In this document: positions 1 to 9,802 of the stretch, in pieces
Numbering within the stretch: position 1 is the stretch's first letter
How the letters are laid out: every line of letters begins with the position of its first letter
DNA from: Thermoplasmatales archaeon
Lineage (GTDB): Archaea; Thermoplasmatota; E2; DHVEG-1
DNA: 64,000 nucleotides
Reading direction: 5' to 3'
Assembly (NCBI GenBank): GCA_020350825.1
Contig: CP070724.1
Location: forward strand, 89,860-153,859
Made by a program: the position numbers and the translations under genes
Notes under the pieces: generated by a model
What the model saw: the letters and a program-made list of their open reading frames with translations, nothing else
The model's database searches: none
What the model was told of the DNA's origin: nothing

Positions 1-141
1 TTTCTCTTTTTACTATTGAGAATTGTTTTGTGTCATTTATATAATTTTCTATATTTATGTTACTAATTAAAATCTATTATGAAAGGAGTATCTAGTTACA
101 AATTTTCTTATCAAAATAGAAATGAAGATAGTTTTAAATTT

Positions 142-465
142 CTAATATGTTCTCCATCGATGTCCACATTTTGTGCATGTATAAATTCTAGTTTCAGGCT
201 CGTCACTGCTTCTAGTCTGTCTTAGAACCCAAAAAGCCTCATTATGCCCACATTTTGGACACTCAACCCGTGTTTTTGGAAGAATATCTATTTTCTTTTC
301 CAATACTGTTGTTTCTTTTTCAGTCTGTTTTTCTACAACCACAGCACTTCCTTTCCTTTTCTGCTCAAATTTGCATTTATCACAAACAAAAATATCGCCT
401 TTCGGAAACATCAATGATTTACATTTTGGACAAAACACCACGATAAAACCCCTGTAAAGCCTCAT
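142..465 (-). CDS. tfs: Transcription factor S (TFS, RNA polymerase subunit M-like cleavage factor)
   Basis: N-terminal Zn ribbon FCPKC..CDKC plus a C-terminal TFIIS-type ribbon CPKCGH..QTRSSDEPETRIYTCTKCGHRW with the acidic DE hairpin. An in-frame GTG near 441 would give the usual short N-terminus and reduce the overlap with the NUDIX gene. Confidence 0.85.
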   Translation of the reverse strand: MRLYRGFIVVFCPKCKSLMFPKGDIFVCDKCKFEQKRKGSAVVVEKQTEKETTVLEKKIDILPKTRVECPKCGHNEAFWVLRQTRSSDEPETRIYTCTKCGHRWRTY

Positions 466-874
466 TAATTATTTTGCTATGATCAAATGATAAGTCAGGT
501 AATTTATTCAGGTTAAAAAATTTTACAGTAGAAGCATCATCACCTGCTAATAACTCGCCACCGACTATATCCAAGATATATACAATAGTTATGGTATGTC
601 CTCTGGGATCTCTATCTGGATCAGAATAAACTCCTGCAAGTTGATTTATCTTTGTTTTCAAACCAGTTTCCTCCAATACTTCTCTAATTACTGTATCTTC
701 TGTTTTTTCGCCGTATTCTACAAAACCACCAGGTAAAGCCCATTTTCCCTTAAACGGCTGATTTTTCCTTTGAATTAGTAGAATTTGACGATTTTTTATT
801 AGAATTCCATCGACGGTAATGCTTGATTTCTTATACCTCATTGAACTTAGAAACAATCTATCTATATAAAACAT
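419..874 (-). CDS. NUDIX hydrolase
   Basis: Canonical Nudix box GGFVEYGEKTEDTVIREVLEETGL (GX5EX7REUXEEXGU). Start uncertain (alternative Met at 841). Confidence 0.85.
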   Translation of the reverse strand: MFYIDRLFLSSMRYKKSSITVDGILIKNRQILLIQRKNQPFKGKWALPGGFVEYGEKTEDTVIREVLEETGLKTKINQLAGVYSDPDRDPRGHTITIVYILDIVGGELLAGDDASTVKFFNLNKLPDLSFDHSKIINEALQGFYRGVLSKM

Positions 875-946
875 TTATACTAACCAGAATCTATTAAACT
901 AAAATAAGAATTGTATTTTGAACCTATGTTATAGGTTTAATGCTGG

Positions 947-1057
947 CTATTTTAAAAAATCATTCCAAAAGTTAGGTAATTCCTTTCCAAGTTTTTTTGT
1001 CCATAGCTCAAAGAATTTGTCATCCTCAATATTTCGTATCCCTTCCAATTTGAACAT
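947..1057 (-). CDS. Small hypothetical protein (36 aa, below the ORF-track cutoff)
   Basis: Hand-translated ORF MFKLEGIRNIEDDKFFELWTKKLGKELPNFWNDFLK with GAGGAG about 8 nt upstream of the ATG. No family recognised. Confidence 0.2.
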   Translation of the reverse strand: MFKLEGIRNIEDDKFFELWTKKLGKELPNFWNDFLK

Positions 1058-1440
1058 TTTTTATCTCCTCGTTTATTCTGTTATACATAGCAGGGTCTTT
1101 ATAAAAGAAAATTGTTTTTTATCGAGCGAGCGTATTCTCTAATTTGCATCCCAAATTTTCTCAGTAGTTATTTTTCCCTAGCCGTAGGTTAAGTAACCAA
1201 AAAACATTTTATATATCTTTTTTGCAGATGCATAATCTGGTATATATGTAGATATGATTTTTATAGACGATAAAAAAAATCGTTAATATTTAAACAAAAA
1301 TTTTTTTAAACTAAAGTCGGAACGGAACCCAATTTACTAGATAGAAGGAGGAGAATAGAAGGATTAGTATTTGTGTAATCAATTGTTCTGCGCTTAATCA
1401 TTTTAAAAGTCACATGTACCCCCTGATTAATTTAATGATA

Positions 1441-2037
1441 TTATCTTTTGAAACTGATTTCTACTTCGTCAATTTTATCGACACCTTTTAACGATTTTAA
1501 CATACCAAGAATCCCATTTTTAATAATATCTGCGGGAAACTCAGAAAGAGGTACAACTTTCTTATTTACCCACACATTAATATCTTGATTGTTAAAAACT
1601 TTTTTTTTAGCAATCTCTTTTTTTATTAACTCGAAAATATCTTCAAAATTATCTTGATAATAACCAATTGTATTATCTCTTTCTTCTATATCTCCCAACC
1701 TTATTTTGGGTATACTAGGATCACGGGCACCTTCAACGATTATGACATCATAGCATCCCATCTCTGAAATGTTATGAATGATATCATCGTTTAACATATT
1801 TTCTTTAACAATAAAATCAGTTTCATAGGATGAAGACAAAACAACGAGCTTGGCTCCTGCTTGACCATGTTTCCAGGTATCTTTTCCCTTTTTGTCAATG
1901 TCAATTTTCTTATCAGTCTTTTTAATTGTTGCTACTTTATATCCCTTGTTGGTGAGTTTTTTAATTATTTTTACAATGAGGGCGGTTTTTCCTGTATTTG
2001 ATCTTCCATAAAATCCAAAAATTGAGGTATGAGACAT
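1441..2037 (-). CDS. mobB: Molybdopterin-guanine dinucleotide biosynthesis adapter protein MobB-like P-loop GTPase
   Basis: FGFYGRSNTGKTALIVKIIKKL P-loop followed by KVATIKKTDKKIDIDKKGKDTWKH and AKLVVLSS, the typical MobB pattern. Has a C-terminal extension. Confidence 0.75.
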   Translation of the reverse strand: MSHTSIFGFYGRSNTGKTALIVKIIKKLTNKGYKVATIKKTDKKIDIDKKGKDTWKHGQAGAKLVVLSSSYETDFIVKENMLNDDIIHNISEMGCYDVIIVEGARDPSIPKIRLGDIEERDNTIGYYQDNFEDIFELIKKEIAKKKVFNNQDINVWVNKKVVPLSEFPADIIKNGILGMLKSLKGVDKIDEVEISFKR

Positions 2038-2180
2038 GATTAACTGTAATCAACAAAAAAGGTATATGTTTTACGACGGAAAAAATATCTAGGCAAAATA
2101 AATGATATCCAACTGTTAATATTATTTATAGAATTATAACAGAAAATCAAATAGTATGATTTTATATTACTAACTTTAAC

Positions 2181-3077
2181 ATGATAAAACCTTATGCAGC
2201 TCTTTTCACTTCAATCGTTGCGGTTTCATTTGCAGCTATATTTATTGAAACTTTAATAGATATATACAGTACACATCCTTTGTCCATCGCGTTTTACCGG
2301 TTGTTGTTTACCGCATTACTAATTATGCCTTTTGTAATCCTACATAAAAAAACCAGGAATGAAATTAGGAATCTAACACGGACGATGTTGATTATTATGG
2401 TTGGTATTGGAATTATTCTTGCTGCGCATTTTGCACTCTGGATCACTTCTCTTGAGCTAACATCTATAGCAAGTTCTGTGTTGTTGGTTACTGCTCATCC
2501 GGTTCTTGTAGGACCAATTTCGCACTACTTCTTTAAGGAGAAACTTTCTACCATTAACACAGTTGGGATAATTTTATCAGTAACAGGGGTTAGCATACTA
2601 GTCATAGGTAACTATGGATTAGGTTCATTCACCCTGGATTCGTTAGAAGGTAATATATTAGCAATTCTCGGAGGTGTCGGAGCAGGCCTCTACATCCTCG
2701 GAGGAAGGAAGATGCGCAAGACTGTCTCTGTTGCTTCGTATGCATTTGTTGTATACTCTGTTGGTACATTAGTATTATTTGTAATTTGCCTTCTTTTTAG
2801 TGCACCTGTATACAATTTAAATATTCAGGTTTATGGAATTATATTAATTATGGCAGTAGTTTCAGGTATTTTTGGACATACCTTCTATAATTGGTCTTTG
2901 GGGTATGTTCGCGCCTCGGTGGCATCAGTCTTTCTCTTAGGGGAGCCTATTGGTTCATCTCTTCTTGCATATGCAATTCCATGGATACATCAAATTCCGT
3001 CACAATTTACTCTCATGGGAGGAGGCATTATTCTTCTAGGGATATATCTTACCGCGAGAAAAACTAATGTAGTTTAG
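2181..3077 (+). CDS. EamA/DMT-family transporter
   Basis: About 10 predicted TM helices in two similar halves, 298 aa, typical EamA size and composition. Confidence 0.75.
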   Translation: MIKPYAALFTSIVAVSFAAIFIETLIDIYSTHPLSIAFYRLLFTALLIMPFVILHKKTRNEIRNLTRTMLIIMVGIGIILAAHFALWITSLELTSIASSVLLVTAHPVLVGPISHYFFKEKLSTINTVGIILSVTGVSILVIGNYGLGSFTLDSLEGNILAILGGVGAGLYILGGRKMRKTVSVASYAFVVYSVGTLVLFVICLLFSAPVYNLNIQVYGIILIMAVVSGIFGHTFYNWSLGYVRASVASVFLLGEPIGSSLLAYAIPWIHQIPSQFTLMGGGIILLGIYLTARKTNVV

Positions 3078-3085
3078 TTTCAATT

Positions 3086-3817
3086 ATGAGTGTTGTAATA
3101 ATGAAGGATATTGAAGAACTTATAAGAAATAGTACCAAATATTATGGCGCAATTTTCCAAAAGCAATTTGAAAGTAAAAAAAACACAGTAGGCTATGTTA
3201 TTCTAAATGATAAACCCAGAGTATTAAAATGGTATGTGTCCGGTCTCAAGACCAACATGGAAATAGAATACACAACTTTGAAGAAAGGTTCATCCAAACT
3301 GAATATACCAACTCTTTTCAATAAAGATACAGATAACAATGTTATTGTAATGAGTTACATTATTGGAAAGAACCTTTGTGACATCTTAAATGATAAAGAT
3401 ACTTCTTTTAAAGAAAAAAACAGGATCGTATGTATGCTGGCAGAATGGTTTGTAAAATTCCATAAACATTACCAAACTGAGGATAGTTTTCGTATTCGTG
3501 GGGATTCTACACTTAGAAATTTTATTCTCTCAGAACACGTGTGGGGAGTTGATTTTGAGGAATCCCGAACTGGCAAACCCATTGAAGATATCGCTGGAAT
3601 GTGTTCTTCTATTCTTAGTACAGATCCAATGTTTACAGATGAAAAATTTCAGCTTTGTAAAACTTTTATTGAATCATATAAAAAATCAGTCAAATGGACT
3701 TTAGACAATATTAATGATGAAATAGCATATGCTCTTCTTGAAAAGATTCAATGGAGGCCAGAGGAAGAAGAAACCCTGAGGAAGTATAACATTAGAATAC
3801 GGGAACGGGGTTTATAA
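3086..3817 (+). CDS. Protein-kinase-like fold phosphotransferase (APH/ChoK/Kdo-kinase-like), function unknown
   Basis: The catalytic-loop-like RGDSTLRNFIL and the following GVDFEES resemble the HGDxxxxN and xDFE motifs of small-molecule kinases, but the usual His is replaced by Arg. Confidence 0.4.
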   Translation: MSVVIMKDIEELIRNSTKYYGAIFQKQFESKKNTVGYVILNDKPRVLKWYVSGLKTNMEIEYTTLKKGSSKLNIPTLFNKDTDNNVIVMSYIIGKNLCDILNDKDTSFKEKNRIVCMLAEWFVKFHKHYQTEDSFRIRGDSTLRNFILSEHVWGVDFEESRTGKPIEDIAGMCSSILSTDPMFTDEKFQLCKTFIESYKKSVKWTLDNINDEIAYALLEKIQWRPEEEETLRKYNIRIRERGL

Positions 3818-3868
3818 TAAACAACATGGTCATAATTTTTAAATAGACCCGACTATATCCGTGGACCG

Positions 3869-4264
3869 ATGTTTATGGGGAAGCAAAAACTGATACCGAT
3901 TTTTGCGATGATTGTACTTTTAATAGGCAGTCTTTCTTCCATCTATGTTTACGCGACAACAATTAATTCAGAATATATCAATATAAACGACAGAGATTAT
4001 ACCATTGATCAATTATTGTTTATAGGTGAAGAAAGAACAATTGAGACCTATACGGGTATTGCTCTTGATGATCTTATAGTTAAAATTGGAGTTTCTAATC
4101 CAGAAACCCATGAATATACCATAATCGCAGCGGATGCATATCAAAAAACAGTTAAATGGGAAAATATAAAAAATGGTCTCTTAACAAAAAATAGAGAATC
4201 AATATTTTCTGATTTGCCGAAGTCATTTAGAGTTAGAGATATTGTAAAAATCGAGGTGATATAA
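3869..4264 (+). CDS. Small membrane-anchored or exported protein, first gene of the AOR cluster
   Basis: N-terminal hydrophobic anchor LIPIFAMIVLLIGSLSSIYVYA. The segment GIALDDLIVKIGV..YTIIAADAYQKTV..KIEVI loosely resembles substrate-domain patterns of molybdopterin-type oxidoreductases. Its stop abuts the next ATG. Confidence 0.5.
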   Translation: MFMGKQKLIPIFAMIVLLIGSLSSIYVYATTINSEYININDRDYTIDQLLFIGEERTIETYTGIALDDLIVKIGVSNPETHEYTIIAADAYQKTVKWENIKNGLLTKNRESIFSDLPKSFRVRDIVKIEVI

Positions 4265-4924
4265 ATGGAGAAAATGAAACTGATAACAGGAATACTTGTA
4301 TTTGGTTCATTATGGGGATTTTCAGAATGCATTATCGGATCTGCATTGCATGATGCTGGACTTCCTACAGGTGCTATTATGACGGGTTTGTTTGCTGTTG
4401 TTTTAATGATGATGAGTAGAATGCTTTACAAGCAGCGTGGAATGCAGATTGGAATGGGTTTTGTTGCAGGGGTGTTACGATTGTTCAGTCCTTTGGGAGG
4501 TAATGTAGGCTATTTTATATGTTCAGCAATAGCGATAATAGCGGAAGGGATGATATTTGAACTAATATGGTATAAAATATCTCTAGATTTGAATGAGCTG
4601 AAACCTTTTAAGATAAGTAGTAGTATGGGAATTATTACTGCTTATTGTTGTTATGTTGGTGGATATATTGTTACTCAAATTCTGACACCAGTATTATCTT
4701 CTGCAGGCTTCCATATTGTAAACCTTATAGTTTTTATACCCCAGATGCTAGCGACCGGACTTTTAGCAGCTTTGATTGGTGGGGTTGTGGTGCCCTTGAC
4801 ACTACAACTTAAAAAATTTGATATTACGATCAAAGATCACTTATATTATCCAACAACTATAGGTGTTTCTATTTTGTGTTGGTTTATAGTCATTTCAAAT
4901 ACAATACTTATATCAAGTACTTAG
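4265..4924 (+). CDS. Polytopic membrane protein (5-6 TM), reminiscent of an ECF S-component
   Basis: Hydrophobic throughout. Placed directly between the exported protein and the ferredoxin/AOR genes with 0-12 nt spacers. Confidence 0.55.
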   Translation: MEKMKLITGILVFGSLWGFSECIIGSALHDAGLPTGAIMTGLFAVVLMMMSRMLYKQRGMQIGMGFVAGVLRLFSPLGGNVGYFICSAIAIIAEGMIFELIWYKISLDLNELKPFKISSSMGIITAYCCYVGGYIVTQILTPVLSSAGFHIVNLIVFIPQMLATGLLAALIGGVVVPLTLQLKKFDITIKDHLYYPTTIGVSILCWFIVISNTILISST

Positions 4925-4936
4925 GGAATAAATATT

Positions 4937-5386
4937 ATGGAAAGACCTCCAACTGTCAAGATATTAAAATTTTACCCTGAGAAATGTAATGGATGTTTGG
5001 AATGTGAAAGTTCCTGCTCAATGATACATTTCAAGACAAAAAATGGTGGAGAACAATCAGCGATCCGCATATTCAAAAAAGGGAACAGTTATCAAATCCA
5101 TGTCTGCGATCAACGGGGTCTTTGTCTTGATATGTGCCCCGTAGGAGCACTTACGAGAAAAAAAAATGGTATCGTTTGGCTTGATAAAAAAACCTGCATT
5201 GGTTGCCAAGCATGCGTAGGTTTCTGTCCCATCGGTGCAATGAGAAAATCAGATGCGAGAATTGAACCATTTAAATGTATCTCATGTGGTGCATGTGTTC
5301 GTGCATGTCCAGAGGGAGCCCTTGAACTTGTCGAAAGGAAAGTTGATGATATAAAAGAAGTAGTTTACCATAAACAGGGTGTATAA
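4937..5386 (+). CDS. 4Fe-4S cluster ferredoxin-domain protein (AOR partner)
   Basis: Cys motifs CNGCLECESSC, CIGCQACVGFCP and CISCGACVRACP. Ends 2 nt before the AOR start. Confidence 0.85.
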   Translation: MERPPTVKILKFYPEKCNGCLECESSCSMIHFKTKNGGEQSAIRIFKKGNSYQIHVCDQRGLCLDMCPVGALTRKKNGIVWLDKKTCIGCQACVGFCPIGAMRKSDARIEPFKCISCGACVRACPEGALELVERKVDDIKEVVYHKQGV

Positions 5387-5388
5387 AT

Positions 5389-7710
5389 ATGGCAAAGGGA
5401 CAGATTTCAATCGAAGACTACAATACAGGCATTACTAGACATAAATGGGACACAAAAAAGTTAAAATCAGTACATAAAATCATTACAAAATATGATTACA
5501 AAAGAGGAATAGTTCAACGAGGTTATGCCAATCGCACACTTTATTTAAATCTTAGCACAGGTGCGATTAATGAAAAACCTGTTACTGAATATATGAAAAA
5601 GAAATTCACAGGTGGCCGTGGTTTTGGATTAAAACTGTTGTGGGATTCTATTAAACCAACAACAAGGTGGAATAGTGAAGAAAATGAATTAATTATCACA
5701 ACAGGGCCGTTATGCGGAACTACACAATATCCTGGATCTGGTAAATCATTGTGTCTTACAATTTCTCCATCCTCCAATATAATATGCGATAGTAACGTCG
5801 GAGGTTTTTTCGGACCGTATCTTAAATTTTCAGGTTTTGATGCACTTGAATTACAAGGGAAGGCTAAAGAAGATATTGTGGTGGTTATCGATGGTGAAAA
5901 AGGTAGTGTTACCGTTGAAGCTGCTCCACTTGAAGAAACAAATTCACATTTACTTAACGAACAACTTACGTATACATATGCCTCTGAAGACACTGATAAA
6001 TCTCGCCAGAAGGTTTCAGTTATTTCTTCTGGATCTGGGGCTGAACATAGCTGGTGGGGTTGTTTAAACTTTTCATTTTATGATATTAGGAGAAAAATTC
6101 CACGAATGAAACAAGCAGGACGAGGGGGGCTTGGAACAGTTTTAAGAGACAAGAGAATTAAAGCAATTGTTGTTAAGGTTGAAAAAATCGACGGTATTTC
6201 AAATCATCCTGCCGATCCCTTAACTCTTGCCCAGATTGGCACTAAGCTTCATAAGGAAATCAGAGATCTTGACAGATTTCAATGTAATATGCGTACTGTG
6301 GGAACAGGACATCTTGTGGAGATCATGGATGCGTATGATTTGCTCCCAACAGAGAATTACAGATTCGGATCTTTTCCAAAGGCTTCAAAGATTTACTCAC
6401 CAGAGTTTTACAAGCTTTTTACAAAGATTATTCCCGACGGCTGTTGGCATGGATGCACACTTGCTTGCTCTAAAACAGTTGATGATTTCACGGTGAAGAC
6501 TGGACCATATAAAGGGCAAAAGGTAACAGTTGATGGACCCGAATATGAGACTATTGCCTGCGGGGCGAATATGAGCTTATGGGATCCATTGTGGATTCTT
6601 GAGTTCAACTTTTATTGTGATACCTATGGCATTGATACCATATCAGCTGGTACTGCCATCGCTTTCTACATGGAGATGTACGAGTATGAAATACTAAATA
6701 AAGAAAGGTGCGATGGGTTAGAACTTTGTTTTGGAAATTCAGAGGCTGTTCTAGAATTTTTACATAGAATGGCGAGAGGTAATAATGGAAAATTTATTAC
6801 TGTTGCTGCAAAAGGAATTCGAAGAGTAAAAGATTGGCTCATTAAAAAAGGATGGGGAGACCCAAAACTTATTGAAGAATGTGGTATGGAAAGTAAAGGA
6901 CTTGAATACTCAGAATATGTTACAAAGGAGTCCCTTGCTATGCAAGGAGGATATGGTTTAACATTAAAGGGACCTCAGCATGATGAAGCTTGGCTTATTT
7001 TCATGGACATGGTAAATAATGCTATTCCAACATTTTCAGATAAAGCCGAAGCACTCCATTATTTCCCTATGTGGAGAACATGGTTTGGACTAAACGGTCT
7101 TTGTAAACTTCCATGGAATGATATAGAACCAGCAAATAATGCAGAAACCAATGAGCCGTCTAAAGTCCCCGAACACGTTCAGAATTATGTTGATTATCAA
7201 AACGCTGTAACAGGTTGGAATGTAAGTAAGGAGGAATTAATCTTGCAGAGCGAGCGATGTTACAACTGGCAAAGAGCTATGAATGTATGGATGGGACGAG
7301 GACAGAGAAAGGATGATTGGATACCGTATCGTTCTATGGGGCCAGTTACAGAAATGGAATATTTATCTAGAAAAGAGAGATATGACAAACAACTAATTGA
7401 AAACCTAGGATTAACAGAAAAAGGATTAGAAAAGATGGATGTGAAGGAAAAAATAAAGATTCTTTACAATTTTCGTCGAGATCAATATCAAAAATTAGCT
7501 GATGCTGTATACTATAGAAGAGGATGGACTCCTAATGGCATTCCAACTCCTCAGAAAATGAAACAGCTTGGAATGGATGATCCAAAGATGTTGAAAATTC
7601 TTCAACAAAAGATAGATGAGGATGAAAAAACAGGTTTAAACGTATGGGGAGGAAACTACAATAAAAGAGAAAAACCACCATGCAAAGAACATAAATATTG
7701 GGAAAAATGA
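5389..7710 (+). CDS. aor: Aldehyde:ferredoxin oxidoreductase family tungstopterin enzyme (long form, 773 aa)
   Basis: GYANRTLYLNLS N-terminal domain start, GGRGFGLKLLW, DGPEYETIACGANM (EYE motif), and Cys-containing DGCWHGCTLAC cluster region. Has N- and C-terminal extensions relative to the classical ~600 aa enzymes. Confidence 0.9.
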   Translation: MAKGQISIEDYNTGITRHKWDTKKLKSVHKIITKYDYKRGIVQRGYANRTLYLNLSTGAINEKPVTEYMKKKFTGGRGFGLKLLWDSIKPTTRWNSEENELIITTGPLCGTTQYPGSGKSLCLTISPSSNIICDSNVGGFFGPYLKFSGFDALELQGKAKEDIVVVIDGEKGSVTVEAAPLEETNSHLLNEQLTYTYASEDTDKSRQKVSVISSGSGAEHSWWGCLNFSFYDIRRKIPRMKQAGRGGLGTVLRDKRIKAIVVKVEKIDGISNHPADPLTLAQIGTKLHKEIRDLDRFQCNMRTVGTGHLVEIMDAYDLLPTENYRFGSFPKASKIYSPEFYKLFTKIIPDGCWHGCTLACSKTVDDFTVKTGPYKGQKVTVDGPEYETIACGANMSLWDPLWILEFNFYCDTYGIDTISAGTAIAFYMEMYEYEILNKERCDGLELCFGNSEAVLEFLHRMARGNNGKFITVAAKGIRRVKDWLIKKGWGDPKLIEECGMESKGLEYSEYVTKESLAMQGGYGLTLKGPQHDEAWLIFMDMVNNAIPTFSDKAEALHYFPMWRTWFGLNGLCKLPWNDIEPANNAETNEPSKVPEHVQNYVDYQNAVTGWNVSKEELILQSERCYNWQRAMNVWMGRGQRKDDWIPYRSMGPVTEMEYLSRKERYDKQLIENLGLTEKGLEKMDVKEKIKILYNFRRDQYQKLADAVYYRRGWTPNGIPTPQKMKQLGMDDPKMLKILQQKIDEDEKTGLNVWGGNYNKREKPPCKEHKYWEK

Positions 7711-7866
7711 CAGGAAGGATTGACTTAACTTACTTAGTTTTGATACTGTTTTTTCATATATATTGAATCGTTTTTTACAATCTTCCTGAAGAAGATAATA
7801 TTTGGATAATACAATATTAAGATAATATAATAAAATTTATATACTGGTTTGTACAATATGTATATC

Positions 7867-7930
7867 AGAGAATGGGGGAAAGAAATTTTTAATCACATCT
7901 CCTCACCACCTCACTAAATCCCCATTCTCT
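7867..7930. other. Perfect 11-bp inverted repeat with a 42-nt C-rich spacer in a convergent intergenic region
   Basis: AGAGAATGGGG (7867-7877) pairs with CCCCATTCTCT (7920-7930). Confidence 0.5.
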
Positions 7931-8077
7931 CCTTAAATGAGTATTAAAGATTAAGTATTTAGAAGATATAGTTCTGGCCCTTTTATGTCTTTTTAAAAAA
8001 TCAAAAGATAGACTTCAAATCCATTAAAATACCTTATATCAAAACTTAAAAAAAATATGCCTTATTTGATTGGAAGA

Positions 8078-9223
8078 TTACACAGATTCTACACTCCAAG
8101 ATCTCTCACACACATATAGATTTACACCAACATGTGTTAAACATACTTTTTTTACAACCTCAGGATCGTTTGGTGCACGTGTTGAACAAAGCTCTATAGT
8201 ATAGGAAAAAATCCCTCTTTTTCCATATAACCAATTCTCGGAAGTTCCAAGGCTACCACCATATCGTGGAATAAAATATTGTCTACCAGTGATAAGAGTG
8301 TAATTATTTATTTTAGACATGTTTTCACCAATTGAAATGAAAATATCTTCATGTGGAGTAGGTCTACTTGTATGTGTCCAAGGATAAAACATAACTTCAC
8401 TAAACGAGTGATAGGATAAGGAAATATGAACATCCTGCTTCTCTACAAAGTTTTTCACAGCATAGGTTTCATTTTCAGAAAAGGGTCTTTCACCTCGGTA
8501 ATTGGGGCTTGAATCTAGTATATTAAATAGAAGATGATAACTAAAGGGTAAGATGTAGTATAAATACCATTTATATCCATAGTTTCTGTTTAAATTAACT
8601 CCATAAGATGTAATTTCTTTATTAAATCCAAAAGGACCATAATTTGGAGCACAGTTTTTTCTTGTATTAGCCTCAACGCCATCAGGATTAACCATCGGAA
8701 TTAAAAATATCTGAGTATTGTTAGTTACCTCTCTTACACGGTCCTCTGAAGGATCTTCATCAATTAAACCATCACCGTCATTATCAATTCCATCAATCGG
8801 ATCTTCATTTACAAATCCATCTCCATCATCATCGGTGTTTTCCTTACTATAGTTTTCAACCATGTGCTGAATAAAATTAATCAATATTTCATAAGAAGGC
8901 TTTTCATTACCATGATGAGCACCCATAAGTAATACACCAGATTCATTTTCATTTTCACCTACGTTATCTGAAAGTTTTACCATCCAAATATCTCTTTCCT
9001 CATAGGTTATGCCTATTGAATCTAGATACATAATATCAGAATAATTATTTTCAAGATCATGAAGTAGATTTGTCATTTCTTGATAATTAAAATAATGATA
9101 TGGATCGTTGGTAATACTGCTATTAGTTTGTGAAATAACCAATATTGGAAATACAGAAGTAAGTAAAAATAGGCAGAGTATTAAATAAATTAATCCTTTT
9201 TTAAGGAAGGATTTTTTTATCAT
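8078..9223 (-). CDS. Secreted M14-family zinc carboxypeptidase with an Asp-rich Ca-binding-like insert
   Basis: Signal-like LIYLILCLFLLTSVFPILVIS. Zn ligands in GAHHGNE and SYHSFSE, catalytic Glu in YTIELCS. ATG at 9223 has GGAG 9 nt upstream; the track start at 9238 is a TTG. Confidence 0.85.
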   Translation of the reverse strand: MIKKSFLKKGLIYLILCLFLLTSVFPILVISQTNSSITNDPYHYFNYQEMTNLLHDLENNYSDIMYLDSIGITYEERDIWMVKLSDNVGENENESGVLLMGAHHGNEKPSYEILINFIQHMVENYSKENTDDDGDGFVNEDPIDGIDNDGDGLIDEDPSEDRVREVTNNTQIFLIPMVNPDGVEANTRKNCAPNYGPFGFNKEITSYGVNLNRNYGYKWYLYYILPFSYHLLFNILDSSPNYRGERPFSENETYAVKNFVEKQDVHISLSYHSFSEVMFYPWTHTSRPTPHEDIFISIGENMSKINNYTLITGRQYFIPRYGGSLGTSENWLYGKRGIFSYTIELCSTRAPNDPEVVKKVCLTHVGVNLYVCERSWSVESV

Positions 9224-9539
9224 TATAGATATCTCCAAATATAATATTACAGATGTACCATATATAAGCCTTTTGAAATCCGCGTTTAGAAATTTTCCCT
9301 TTCAAAATAAAACCAGTTCACCGGCGAGCATCTTTGCTAGTATTATAAAAGTTGAAATAGCAATGAGCAGAGCAATAAATTGTTTTGATCCTTCAATCAT
9401 TTTACATGCCTTTAGTATGATTATGTAATTCTTAATTTATATACTGTGAGAAAACATTCGGAAATTCCCAAACAATCATCAATAAAACATTCAATCAGAA
9501 AAATATAAATTGATAAATTTGTTGTCCTAATACCTACGG

Positions 9540-9725
9540 ATGGAAATTACTACTTGTCCAAAATGTGGTAGCAAAAATATCTCTCATAGTACAATAAGAG
9601 ATGGAATACTAATCGGATATATCAAAAGATATGTATGTAAGGAATATGGTTATCAGGGCATGCCGTTTATCTTCGATTCAGAAAAAGAATACAAGGCATT
9701 TTTAAAAAGTATTAGATATGATTAA
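9540..9725 (+). CDS. Small Zn-ribbon-like hypothetical protein
   Basis: CPKCGS near the N-terminus. No other support. Confidence 0.3.
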   Translation: MEITTCPKCGSKNISHSTIRDGILIGYIKRYVCKEYGYQGMPFIFDSEKEYKAFLKSIRYD

Positions 9726-9802
9726 GTTTTTCTTGGTAATATTTAAGAAGAATGAATCAAATTTAAAAAAAAGAAAGGAGAGAGATGGGCGGACTCATTC
9801 TT

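Noticed and set aside
918-1142. 74-aa + strand ORF in the NUDIX-MobB spacer, and the 64-aa ORF 13869-14063 overlapping the valS 3-prime end
   Set aside because: Both have low-complexity F/S/L-rich translations with no SD. The short minus-strand ORF 947-1057, which has an SD, is the better (still weak) candidate in the first region.
5541-5993. Long antisense or overlapping ORFs inside well-supported genes (this one, and for example 11279-11653, 18186-18515, 20542-20982, 31621-32094, 33455-33766, 55065-56186, 57716-58604, 59589-60004, 60052-60277)
   Set aside because: Each is embedded in a gene with clear family motifs on the other strand or frame and has low-complexity or Ser/Leu/Phe-rich composition. 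They are treated as spurious.
5389-7710. Intein or insertion as the explanation for the long AOR (773 aa), and likewise for Top6B (643 aa)
   Set aside because: No intein splicing motifs were seen (no Cys/Ser-start block and no HN-Cys/Ser/Thr junction). The extra length sits at the termini, consistent with lineage-specific extensions.
9300-9401. About 32-aa hydrophobic minus-strand ORF (MIEGSKQFIALLIAISTFIILAKMLAGELVLF) in the spacer after the M14 gene
   Set aside because: I saw no convincing SD or promoter and it is too short to judge. It is mentioned only for completeness.
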